Origin: Candidatus Bathyarchaeia archaeon
GTDB taxonomy: Archaea > Thermoproteota > Bathyarchaeia > Bathyarchaeales > Bathycorpusculaceae
NCBI GenBank assembly: GCA_050010755.1
Contig: JBEKKK010000001.1
Span: forward strand, 1,280,001 to 1,344,000
DNA: 64,000 nt
Direction of reading: 5' to 3'
The translations under genes were made by a program, and so were the position numbers. The notes beneath the pieces were generated by a model. That model did not search any database, was not told where the DNA came from, and saw nothing but the letters and a program-made list of their open reading frames with translations. The first letter of the stretch is position 1, and each line of letters begins with the position of its first letter. Shown in pieces: positions 55,716 to 64,000 of the stretch.

Positions 55716-56876
55716 ATGGGTCCATCCCAGACGTTTACCATAAAGTATGTTGTAAGTGCGAAGTTCGATATTGAAGGAGTAGTTGAAAAACCAGATGTGA
55801 TAGGAGCAGTTTTCGGTCAGACGGAAGGCCTTTTCGGACCCGAGCTTGACCTGCGAGAACTGCAAAAATCCGGCAGAATCGGTAGAATAGAAATCGATTT
55901 ACACTCAAAAAACGACAAGACGACTGGCACGATAACGATTCCGACAAGCCTGGACAGGGTTTCCACGGCATTGATTGCTGCGAGCATAGAGAGCATAAAC
56001 AGGGTCGGCCCGTGCGCTTCAAAGGTGACTCTTGAAAAGGTCGAAGATGTCAGGGAGGCCAGAAGAAAGGTAATAATTGACAGGGCCAAGGACATCCTTC
56101 ACAAGTGGACGATTGAATCGATGCCTTCCGTGGACGAGGTGTTCAAAGAAGTTTCTGAGACGCTTAAGACGGGGAAAGTTGGAAAATACGGTTCAGAAGA
56201 GCTGCCGATTGGACCTGAACTTGAAACGGCAAAAGAAATAATCGTTGTTGAAGGAAGAGCGGACATAATTAACCTCATGCGCTGCGGCCTGATGAACACT
56301 GTGGCTCTGGAGGGCGCGAAGGTTCCGGAGGCGGTGAAGACGCTGTGCAAGGAGAGGGAAGCAACGGCCCTTCTCGACGGAGACAGAGGCGGAGACTTAA
56401 TCTTCAAAGAACTCTTGCAGGTGACCGACATAAAGTACATTGCAAGAGCACCGAGAGGAAAAGAAGTTGAGGAGCTGAACTGCAAGGAAATATTCGAAGC
56501 TCTCGACGCCAAAATTGCCATTCAAGAGCCAGTGAAGCCGGAACCGCCAAAGCTGGTCAGACGGGAAAAGGTGAAAGTGGAAGTTCCGAAGGAAATCGTT
56601 GAGACGATGAACTCGCTGGAAGGAACTTTGGAGGCCGTGCTGTTGAACGAGAAATCGGAGCAGACGGAGCGAATGCCGGTCAGCCAGCTTGCCGAAAAGC
56701 TTCAACAGGTCGAAGGAGTGGACACGATAGTTTTCGACGGCATAATAACCCAGAGAATAGTTGACGTGGCAAGCGAGAAAAACATAAAAAGAATCATAGC
56801 TTCACGCGTGTCTGACGCTGTTAAGCCTTCATTAACCGTTCAACTTCTAACGTTTGGAGAAGTCGCTGAGGGCTAA
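55716..56876 (+). CDS. dnaG: Archaeal DnaG (exosome-associated primase-like protein)
   Basis: GVVEKPDVIGAVFGQTEGL, RELQKSGRIGRI, VVEGRAD, LDGDRGG, FDGIITQR. Confidence 0.96.
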   Translation: MGPSQTFTIKYVVSAKFDIEGVVEKPDVIGAVFGQTEGLFGPELDLRELQKSGRIGRIEIDLHSKNDKTTGTITIPTSLDRVSTALIAASIESINRVGPCASKVTLEKVEDVREARRKVIIDRAKDILHKWTIESMPSVDEVFKEVSETLKTGKVGKYGSEELPIGPELETAKEIIVVEGRADIINLMRCGLMNTVALEGAKVPEAVKTLCKEREATALLDGDRGGDLIFKELLQVTDIKYIARAPRGKEVEELNCKEIFEALDAKIAIQEPVKPEPPKLVRREKVKVEVPKEIVETMNSLEGTLEAVLLNEKSEQTERMPVSQLAEKLQQVEGVDTIVFDGIITQRIVDVASEKNIKRIIASRVSDAVKPSLTVQLLTFGEVAEG

Positions 56877-59257
56877 CCGCCGAAGAAGTCGGTTAGCTTT
56901 CTAGTTTCTTTTCCGCTGGTCTTCGACTTCAAGAGTTGTTCTTCAGTCACGTCGAAAGACTCGAGAATTCTCGCCGCTGCGGGCACAACCTGTTTGGAAA
57001 CGTAGTATTCCATGTCAACATCGTCGATGGATGCAAGGTTGTAGGGCTTAACCCTCTCGTACAGGCGGCCCTTGCCGCCGATCACCACGTAGCCTATCTT
57101 ATCGCCTACTCCTAGTTCCCAGCCCTTTGCCCTAAGCATCTTTGCGGCTTCAACGTGAGAAGCTCTGACCTCGTACTCTTCGGCAGGCTTGGTCAAAGTT
57201 TTCCAGATGACGAGATCGCGGTATGGCACACGCTTCTGCTGAAGCTCGTAGATGAACTGCTGCACAAAATCCACAGCCTTCTTGGGCGAATCATCCTTCA
57301 AAACGATTTCCAAGACTTTCTCCTGAACGGTTTTGGCTATGCCCGCCCAGTCTCCCCTGACAACCTCCATGCCCACTATGTCCAGTTTGCCATCTGGCAG
57401 AAGCCCGGCATAGCGTTTCTTGGCTTCCGTGAAGAATATTCTCGTGTAGATTTTGTCTGGCTTTATCTCCAGTCCCAGTTTTTTCCCAACGTCCCTTGTG
57501 AGTTTTTCGATTCGGGTAGGATCGTTCTCGATGAATATGCTGTCCGTGTCGCCGTACACCACTTTCAAGTCGTCCTTCTCGGCCATTTGAATCGCCGTGA
57601 GTATCGTGTGTCTTCCCCAGGCAGCCGCCGCCTCGGCCACCGGCTTCATGTACCACCGCGCACCCGTCCATCCAGCGTAACCGTAAGAGGCGTTGGCAAT
57701 CACTTTCACGGCTTTCTGCCTGGCGTCCAAGACGCGGTGCTCGACGCTGTCCGGCTTAAGCTTCTTCATTTCCGTTCGAACTTCGTCGCGGACGCGGATG
57801 AGATAGGAAAGCACCTCCTTGTAGAAGCCAGGAGGCTCTTTGCGAAACTTGTGATCCACCTCGGGGGCTGTGTACACTCCGCCCGGCGGTTCCGGCTCCT
57901 TGGGCGGCACGTATGTGTCCGGAGACAGGTTGTAGGCGATCATGATGTTCGGGTACATGGACTTGAAGTCTAAGACGGCGATGTTTTCGTGCAGTCCAGG
58001 CTTGGGTTTGAGGACGAGGCCGCCTGCGTACGGCCTGTAGGGTTGCTCAACCCTTCTGGGAATGAGTTCGCCGAGCTTGTGAGTATGTTTTATGAGAAAC
58101 CACTCGACTCGGAAGCCCGCCGCTGCTGTGCCGACGTGATCCAGGGGAAGGCTCACGAGGCTGGAGAGCTGCATGGCGAAATCCAAGATTGCCTCAGTTA
58201 TCTCCATGATGCAGCGAGTGTTGTCCATGGAAAACTGTTTCAGGCTCTCGCGCTTAGCTTCGACGTTCCAGTAATCTGCAAAGTCAATGTCTTCCACCAC
58301 AGTGCGGTCTTCAATCTTCATTATGCCCAAGTAGTCGGCGAGGTTAGCGAGAGTTTTGACTTTGACCTCGGGAAACTCATCCGCGTAATCGGCCAGATCC
58401 AGGTTTATTCTGCCGTTGAGTGACACGTGGCCGTAGACGCTTCTGTGCGGTTCTGTTTTGGCCCGGTCTATGCGCAGACGCAAACCCAGTTTTTTGCACC
58501 TCGCGTTGAGGTATTGCCAGTCCTGTCCGTTTATGCCATAGCCTACGATGACGTCGGGGTCGATGCTTTGCACATAATTGATGAACATCTCCAGGACAGG
58601 TTTGTCGTTCCTGTCTTCGCCTGCCAAGAACTGTTTCTGTTCGTGAAGGTTCGAACCGGTTGAAATCATGATCACGGGGTTTCTATCGGGTTTAGGGGAA
58701 CCCTCCTCGCTGTAGCATATTGTTGAAAAACCCAGAACTCGCAACTGCGGAGCCTCCATTTTCTCGATGACATTTGGGAACGATTTTGCCAGGTAGACCT
58801 TTTCCACTTGGACGCGCAGCTTGTTTTCTTCCTCCGAGGCTTCTATTTCGTGCCACCCGCACGGGACAACGTTGTTGTCGATGAGATACCGCATGGCAAC
58901 GCGAATGTCGTCTTCGAAGCAATCTTTGACGCCTTCGAGCTCTCGAAGTTGCCTTGCACATGTTGTCAGTTCCTCTCCGGTTTTGCAGGAGACCTTCACG
59001 GCCTTAACCGGCTTCCCGAAAAACCTGCGCTCAACAGCCTCGGGGTTGGCGGCCAGAACGCAAGGGCTCACGGTTATGCTTTCGACAACCTTCGCGGGGT
59101 CAGCATCATCCGCAACCACTGCGTAAAAGTAGGGTACGAAGCTCCTGTCGATGATGAGCACCCTCTTGCCGTCGTTGGTTATGCCCCACAGCCAGATTTC
59201 TGAGGATTCGTCTTTGGCTTCGTAGTTGATGTCCAATAGCCAAAAAGTTACCTTCAT
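56873..59257 (-). CDS. polB3: DNA polymerase B3 (polymerase motifs intact, exonuclease motifs degenerate)
   Basis: FWLLD N-terminus, DFKSMYPNIM, KVIANASYGY, YGDTDS, KKRYAG, VRGDW, terminal LTDFF PIP-like motif. Confidence 0.93.
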   Translation of the reverse strand: MKVTFWLLDINYEAKDESSEIWLWGITNDGKRVLIIDRSFVPYFYAVVADDADPAKVVESITVSPCVLAANPEAVERRFFGKPVKAVKVSCKTGEELTTCARQLRELEGVKDCFEDDIRVAMRYLIDNNVVPCGWHEIEASEEENKLRVQVEKVYLAKSFPNVIEKMEAPQLRVLGFSTICYSEEGSPKPDRNPVIMISTGSNLHEQKQFLAGEDRNDKPVLEMFINYVQSIDPDVIVGYGINGQDWQYLNARCKKLGLRLRIDRAKTEPHRSVYGHVSLNGRINLDLADYADEFPEVKVKTLANLADYLGIMKIEDRTVVEDIDFADYWNVEAKRESLKQFSMDNTRCIMEITEAILDFAMQLSSLVSLPLDHVGTAAAGFRVEWFLIKHTHKLGELIPRRVEQPYRPYAGGLVLKPKPGLHENIAVLDFKSMYPNIMIAYNLSPDTYVPPKEPEPPGGVYTAPEVDHKFRKEPPGFYKEVLSYLIRVRDEVRTEMKKLKPDSVEHRVLDARQKAVKVIANASYGYAGWTGARWYMKPVAEAAAAWGRHTILTAIQMAEKDDLKVVYGDTDSIFIENDPTRIEKLTRDVGKKLGLEIKPDKIYTRIFFTEAKKRYAGLLPDGKLDIVGMEVVRGDWAGIAKTVQEKVLEIVLKDDSPKKAVDFVQQFIYELQQKRVPYRDLVIWKTLTKPAEEYEVRASHVEAAKMLRAKGWELGVGDKIGYVVIGGKGRLYERVKPYNLASIDDVDMEYYVSKQVVPAAARILESFDVTEEQLLKSKTSGKETRKLTDFFGG

Positions 59258-59558
59258 GATGAGGTCCCCGTTTCAAATAATCGATACTGAACGGAAACAG
59301 CTTTTAAGGCTTGGCGTGCGCTTCAAAATAAAGATCAAGGCTGCAAGGGCGCCCAGACAGCAGAACCCTGCAGCCCTCGGGCCGTTCACTTCAGTGAGGT
59401 GCAATTGGCCCTACGGATGAGGCAAGCAGCATAGTGGATAAAAAGCTTGTCTAAAAGCTGAACAACACAACAACACAAGCATACGCGCGCAAAAAGCCCT
59501 CAAGTGAGCAACAAAATCGTTTCCTACCTGTCAGGATGTGCTTCGTCGGTTTTCTGCG

Positions 59559-61694
59559 TTACTGGTGTTTTTTCAGTAGGTCTACAACGTCGGGGAAGTC
59601 TATGCCCAGTGCTTTTGCTTTTTGTATGGTTGGGACTCCGTTTTTGTTCCATCCGCGTCTTGCGTAGACTGTGTCCTTCAGTTTTTCGTACTCTGCCTCG
59701 CGGTATTTTCGCAGTGCTGCCATTTTCTCTTCTGTGGACTTGCCTTGTGGGTCGTAGCCGATTTTTTCTTTCAGTTGTTTGTCGTAGCGTTCGGCTCGGC
59801 TTTCGTACTCTTCTTTTGTTACGGGTCCGACTGAGCGGTAGGGCAGTGCGTCGTGTTCTCGTGTGCCGAAGCCCATTCTGAGGTTGAAGATGCGTTGGAG
59901 GTTGTACACTTTTTCGCTCATGAAGATTATGTCTTCTGGCGTGATCTTCTTGCCGGTGACGGCTGAATAGAATCGTGCGTAGTTGTCTACGTGGGCCATG
60001 ACTTTGGCGGGTTCTTTTGTGTTCTTGTTGTCGACTGGGACGACGTCGTTCCATGGGAGTTTGCACAGTCCGTTGAGGCCGAACCACGTGCGGAACATGG
60101 GGAACCAGTGTAGGTTTTCGGCCTTCTGTTCAAAGGTGGGCATGAGGTTGTGAACCATGTCTAGGAATATCAGCCACGCCTCGTCGTGTTGTGGGCCTTT
60201 CAGGGCAAGTCCGTAGCCGCCCTGCTGGGCGAGCGACTCTTTCGTGACGTATTCCGAGAACTCTAGCCCCTTTGCTTCCATGCCGATGTCCTGCAGCACT
60301 CGTGGGTCGGCGCCGTATTCGTCTGCGAAGAGTTTCTTCATCTGTCTGATGCCTTTGCCGACTATTGTGCCGAAGCCCTCGCCCCTTGCCATTTGGTGCA
60401 CGAGTTCCAAGGATGCCTCTTTGTTTCCAAAATTCAGCTCCAGGCCGCCGGTCGCTCTCTTGTCTATCAAGCCCATCTCGTAGCATTCCATGGCGAAAGC
60501 CGTTGCCGTGCCGACTGAAATGGTGTCGAGGCCGTACACGTCGCAGTAGAAGTTCATCTCGATGACGTGGTCAGGGTCGTATATTCCGCAGTTGCTGCCC
60601 ACTCCGGCGATTGTTTCGTATTCTGGGCCGCTTACGAAGACTTTTTGTCCCTTGTAGGGCCCCGTCTTGGGCTCGAAGTCTTTGACGCCGTGAGAGCAGG
60701 CCAGTGCACAGCCCATCCAGCAGCCGTCGAAGCCCTTGTGGAATTTTTTCCTGTAGACTTCCTTGCCCAACTCTGCAGCCCTCGAGTCAGTGCCAAACCT
60801 GAAATTGTTCACGGGAAGAAGGTCAAAATCGTTCATTATCGTTACAAGATGTGTAGTTCCGATAGTTGCCATCTCGTTCTGTTTCGCATCGAGGCTTCGA
60901 ATCTCTTGTCCGTGAGCCGTGCCCACCTGCTTGACCATCTCGGCATCTGCTGGCCCGTTGGTCTCCACTGATATCCCGCCTGAGTACTTTACCGCGAGGG
61001 CTTTCACCCTCTTGTCTCGGAACACGGTGCCGATTCCGCCTCTTCCCGCTTGCTTAAACCTGTGAATCTTCCGTCCTGCGTCAAACCATGAGAAGTTCAG
61101 GCAGCCGAAAAACGTGTGTTCAGCTCCAGGCCCTGACGACACTACTGAGATGCATTGTCCGCTGTCCGGCGCGTACTTCTTGGCCAAAAAGTCTGTGATG
61201 AGATGAGCCTCCGAAGGCATTGAAGACGCATCTTCAACTCGGACGAGGCCCTGATCACCGTCAATGAGTATGACCACTTCAGACTTGGCCTTTCCCTGAA
61301 TCTCGATGGCGTCCCAACCTGCAAACTTCAGGTACGGGCCAAAGTAGCCGCCTACGTTTGAGTCTACCACGCTGCCAGTTAGGGGGGAGATTGAAACTGC
61401 GATGCTCTTTCCGCTACCGGGATATACTGGGGTTCCGCCCAGCGGACCGCAGGCGATGCACACCTCGTTCTCGGGATCGTCCCATTTAACTATGCGATCT
61501 TTCGGCAATGCGTTCCACAGGAGCCAAAGGTCGAAGCCTCGGCCGCCCGTGAAGGTTTCTCTCATCTCCTTGCTCACGGGTTTGCCGGCTATGCGCATGT
61601 TAGAAAGATCTATGTACAAGGTTCTGTTGTTGTAGCCTCTCTCAACCTTGCCTAGTTCGTATTTGAATTCGGCAATCGTCAAGTTGACATCCAC
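59559..61694 (-). CDS. aor: Aldehyde:ferredoxin oxidoreductase family (W/Mo-pterin)
   Basis: GGRG, SPLTG, DSNVGG, AGRGGIG, CWMGCALAC, GPEYET, GLDTIS, KGLE, GLCK, RGW. Confidence 0.92.
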   Translation of the reverse strand: MDVNLTIAEFKYELGKVERGYNNRTLYIDLSNMRIAGKPVSKEMRETFTGGRGFDLWLLWNALPKDRIVKWDDPENEVCIACGPLGGTPVYPGSGKSIAVSISPLTGSVVDSNVGGYFGPYLKFAGWDAIEIQGKAKSEVVILIDGDQGLVRVEDASSMPSEAHLITDFLAKKYAPDSGQCISVVSSGPGAEHTFFGCLNFSWFDAGRKIHRFKQAGRGGIGTVFRDKRVKALAVKYSGGISVETNGPADAEMVKQVGTAHGQEIRSLDAKQNEMATIGTTHLVTIMNDFDLLPVNNFRFGTDSRAAELGKEVYRKKFHKGFDGCWMGCALACSHGVKDFEPKTGPYKGQKVFVSGPEYETIAGVGSNCGIYDPDHVIEMNFYCDVYGLDTISVGTATAFAMECYEMGLIDKRATGGLELNFGNKEASLELVHQMARGEGFGTIVGKGIRQMKKLFADEYGADPRVLQDIGMEAKGLEFSEYVTKESLAQQGGYGLALKGPQHDEAWLIFLDMVHNLMPTFEQKAENLHWFPMFRTWFGLNGLCKLPWNDVVPVDNKNTKEPAKVMAHVDNYARFYSAVTGKKITPEDIIFMSEKVYNLQRIFNLRMGFGTREHDALPYRSVGPVTKEEYESRAERYDKQLKEKIGYDPQGKSTEEKMAALRKYREAEYEKLKDTVYARRGWNKNGVPTIQKAKALGIDFPDVVDLLKKHQ

Positions 61695-61902
61695 TCCATG
61701 TTAGAACCAGATGCTACTCAGGGCGCACTGATAGGTTTTTCGACAGCTTCGATGAAAACCGAAACATGATAAGCAAGCGATGAACGCTTGAATGCCGAGC
61801 GGTTTGCTGGGAACACGTTTGTCTTGCGGTTAAGAATCTATGGCTTTAATATCAGAGGCGGATTATTGAGTGTCAACCGCCAAGCATCGGGGGCAAAATG
61901 CT

Positions 61903-62985
61903 TTGAAGATTCTTGAGATTAACACGAAGAAGGGTTTTGTTAAGGTTGCGCCCGAGACGATTGATGACTTTTGGCACCTGTACAACGTTATTTACAGGAA
62001 CGACAGGGTCTACGCTGGTACGACGAGAGAGATTAAGCTGGATGAGAAGTACGGTAGACCAAAGCGGGGGGAAAGAATCCCAGTTTTCCTCGGTGTCACC
62101 GTGGAGGACGTGGGTTGGGACCAGTTTTTGGGCAGGCTTAGAGTACACGGGGTAATCTGCGAAGCGCCGGAAACTGTGCCGACTGGTGCCCATCACACGC
62201 TGAACATCACGTTGAACACGCCCATTACAATTGTCAAGAAATCTTGGGCGAGGCATGAGATTGAGAGGTTGAAGAGGGCCAGCAGAACCTCAGAGCAACC
62301 GATAATCGTGGTTTCCATAGACGATGAAGGCTACCTCATAGCGACGACCGCCCAGTACGGAATCGAGGAGAGAGTTGATGAGAGAATAAAACTTCCCGGA
62401 AAACACGAAGCAGAGAGAAGAAGCGAAGCCACGAACGCGTATTTCAAACAAGTATTGAACAGTTTACGTCAAGTGTGGACGCCCATTCACAGTCCGATAG
62501 CAGTTATAGGGGTGGGTTTCGTCAAGAACGATTTTGCAAAGTATGTGAAGACCGAAGCGCCCGACGTTGCGGCTTCAGTGGCGGACGTGAAGAGCGTTAA
62601 CAACGGGGGCATGGCTGGAATTCATGAAGCGCTCCGTTCTGGAGTGTTGTTGAAAACCGTGGGAAATCTGCGCGTGGCCGAAGAAACGATGCTGGTCGAG
62701 GAAGTTTTGAAGCGGCTTGGAAAAGGAGAGGCAACAGTGACCTACGGTTTTGAAGAAGTCAAGCGTGCAGCGGAGCTCGGCGCCGTTGAGAAAATCCTGT
62801 TAACGGACAAGATGCTCCGCGAATCCGACGACGATAAACGGTTGCTGATAGAAGAAGTTATGGAAGCGGCTGAGAAGAAGGGCGGAGCAATAACCGTTGT
62901 AAGCACGGGGCACGAGGCAGGCACCCAGCTCAGCGGGCTCGGCGGCATAGCTGCACTCCTGCGTTTTCCATTGCATCTGGAGTGA
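61903..62985 (+). CDS. pelA: Pelota/Dom34 mRNA surveillance factor
   Basis: PETIDDFWHLYNVI, RLRVHG, HHTL, LPGK, GGIAALLRF; TTG 61903 preferred. Confidence 0.95.
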   Translation: MKILEINTKKGFVKVAPETIDDFWHLYNVIYRNDRVYAGTTREIKLDEKYGRPKRGERIPVFLGVTVEDVGWDQFLGRLRVHGVICEAPETVPTGAHHTLNITLNTPITIVKKSWARHEIERLKRASRTSEQPIIVVSIDDEGYLIATTAQYGIEERVDERIKLPGKHEAERRSEATNAYFKQVLNSLRQVWTPIHSPIAVIGVGFVKNDFAKYVKTEAPDVAASVADVKSVNNGGMAGIHEALRSGVLLKTVGNLRVAEETMLVEEVLKRLGKGEATVTYGFEEVKRAAELGAVEKILLTDKMLRESDDDKRLLIEEVMEAAEKKGGAITVVSTGHEAGTQLSGLGGIAALLRFPLHLE

Positions 62986-63083
62986 GGCTGACGCTCACAG
63001 GCGCGTGCAAAGCACACTCTGAAAGAAAGGAATTCTACGAAAGCGGCTCTGAAGTTTCGGCTTTTTCAATGAGGAATGAATCC

Positions 63084-63638
63084 TCAATCTACGTCGCCTT
63101 TAATCTTCCTCACATTCGCCTTTTCTAGTGCTATTATTATGGGCATTGTTATTACAAGTGCCAGTGTTCCGCCAATAAGCGTCCATACCCCCCAAAAAGT
63201 CAGCCCATACAGCAGTCCTCCTCCCATGAAGAATATTATGATCAGTACGCCCGCAAGGTAGGAAGATACCATCGTTGCAATTGCTGTGATTGCCAAGCTG
63301 CTTTTTGTAATCCGGATTTTGTGATGGTTTGAAAGCATCAGCAGGTCAAAGACGACTGCTGAGCCTAAAAAGCAGAGTATCAGGTAAGGCGCTCCTAGGA
63401 GTATGGCAAATATCGTGCCTATTATGGCGGCCATCGTGCTGGTGCCGAACGTTCCAGTCACCCATGCCACGAGGAGCAGTGTGAAGAAAATTCCAAAGGC
63501 ATGCAGCACTGGGAGCCCGGTAAGGCTGAAACTGAGCGGGCCCAAAATCAAATTCACTGCAATCCAGAGTGCACAGAACATGCCTGTCAACGCTACATCT
63601 AAGCTTGTGAAGTAATACTTGTTTCCAGTTCTGTTCAT
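63084..63638 (-). CDS. Integral membrane protein, ECF S-component-like
   Basis: 184 aa, about 6 TM helices, N-terminal TSLDVALTGMFCAL typical of S-components. Confidence 0.6.
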   Translation of the reverse strand: MNRTGNKYYFTSLDVALTGMFCALWIAVNLILGPLSFSLTGLPVLHAFGIFFTLLLVAWVTGTFGTSTMAAIIGTIFAILLGAPYLILCFLGSAVVFDLLMLSNHHKIRITKSSLAITAIATMVSSYLAGVLIIIFFMGGGLLYGLTFWGVWTLIGGTLALVITMPIIIALEKANVRKIKGDVD

Positions 63639-63720
63639 TCAGTAACACTTTTATGCGCAATAGTGACACGTTAGTACATAAAAACTTTGGGCTCTCCCCG
63701 CGGAAGATGGTTGTGAGAGA

Positions 63721-64000
63721 ATGGCGAAAATCAAGCGTGCAGGCGTAACATTCCCTCCAGACCTGCTGAAAGATTTTGACGAAACCGTCAAAATGATGGG
63801 TTACAAGAATCGATCTAAGGCTGTTCAGGACGCAGTCAGAATGTTCGTAGCAGAGAGGAAGTCGCTTCAAAACGAAATCAAGGATCAAGCCGGGCTTATG
63901 ATGATGCTGTACGATCATGAAGCGAGGGGACTTGAAAATGCATTAACGCATGTGCAACACCATTTTGCAAACGTCATCTGCTCTTCAATGCACATTCACC
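63721..64000 (+). CDS. nikR: NikR-family regulator (runs off window end)
   Basis: MAKIKRAGVTFPPDLLKDFD..MGYKNRSKAVQDAVR RHH domain; YDHE..QHH..SSMHIH metal-site motifs. Confidence 0.88.
   Translation, partial: MAKIKRAGVTFPPDLLKDFDETVKMMGYKNRSKAVQDAVRMFVAERKSLQNEIKDQAGLMMMLYDHEARGLENALTHVQHHFANVICSSMHIH

Noticed and set aside
57155-57973. Long antisense ORFs (also 52347-53114, 24939-25583, 25749-26423, 6194-6844, 33-491)
   Set aside because: Shadows of well-supported genes on the opposite strand, with non-protein-like composition.
1-64000. CRISPR array or cas genes
   Set aside because: No regularly spaced 25-40 bp repeats with unique spacers and no Cas-like ORFs seen.

Overview
Archaeal chromosomal segment, most consistent with Bathyarchaeia/TACK (PolB1 plus PolB3, CarS, DUF1512, TackOD1-type protein, PEF-CTERM-like beta-helix surface protein, frequent TTG/GTG starts). 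Most of it is housekeeping: histidine utilisation (hutU, hutI, formimidoyltransferase), sua5, ubiD, nth, clp1, radB-like, carS, topA, gcvT, aglB/STT3 with a GlcNAc-1-P transferase, polB1, rsmB-like, speB, two moeA, endonuclease IV, intron-containing tRNA-Trp, 5S rRNA, map, trpS, pheST, tyrS, dnaG, polB3, aor, pelota and nikR. The less ordinary features are: (1) AT-rich patchwork regions (0.5-1.6 kb, 29.8-35.1 kb, 44.8-45.2 kb) of microgenes and gene fragments (integrase tail, HsdM-like tail) whose junctions repeatedly carry a TAGCGCGC(GC) motif, often as inverted pairs; (2) a ~240-nt structured RNA candidate between pheT and tyrS; (3) a three-copy ~75-100 bp dispersed repeat with a covarying palindrome; (4) apparent homologues of the eukaryotic proteins OSTC/DC2 and PAC4/PSMG4; (5) a PolB3 with degenerate proofreading motifs. 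All calls were made by eye from sequence motifs; no database searches were run.
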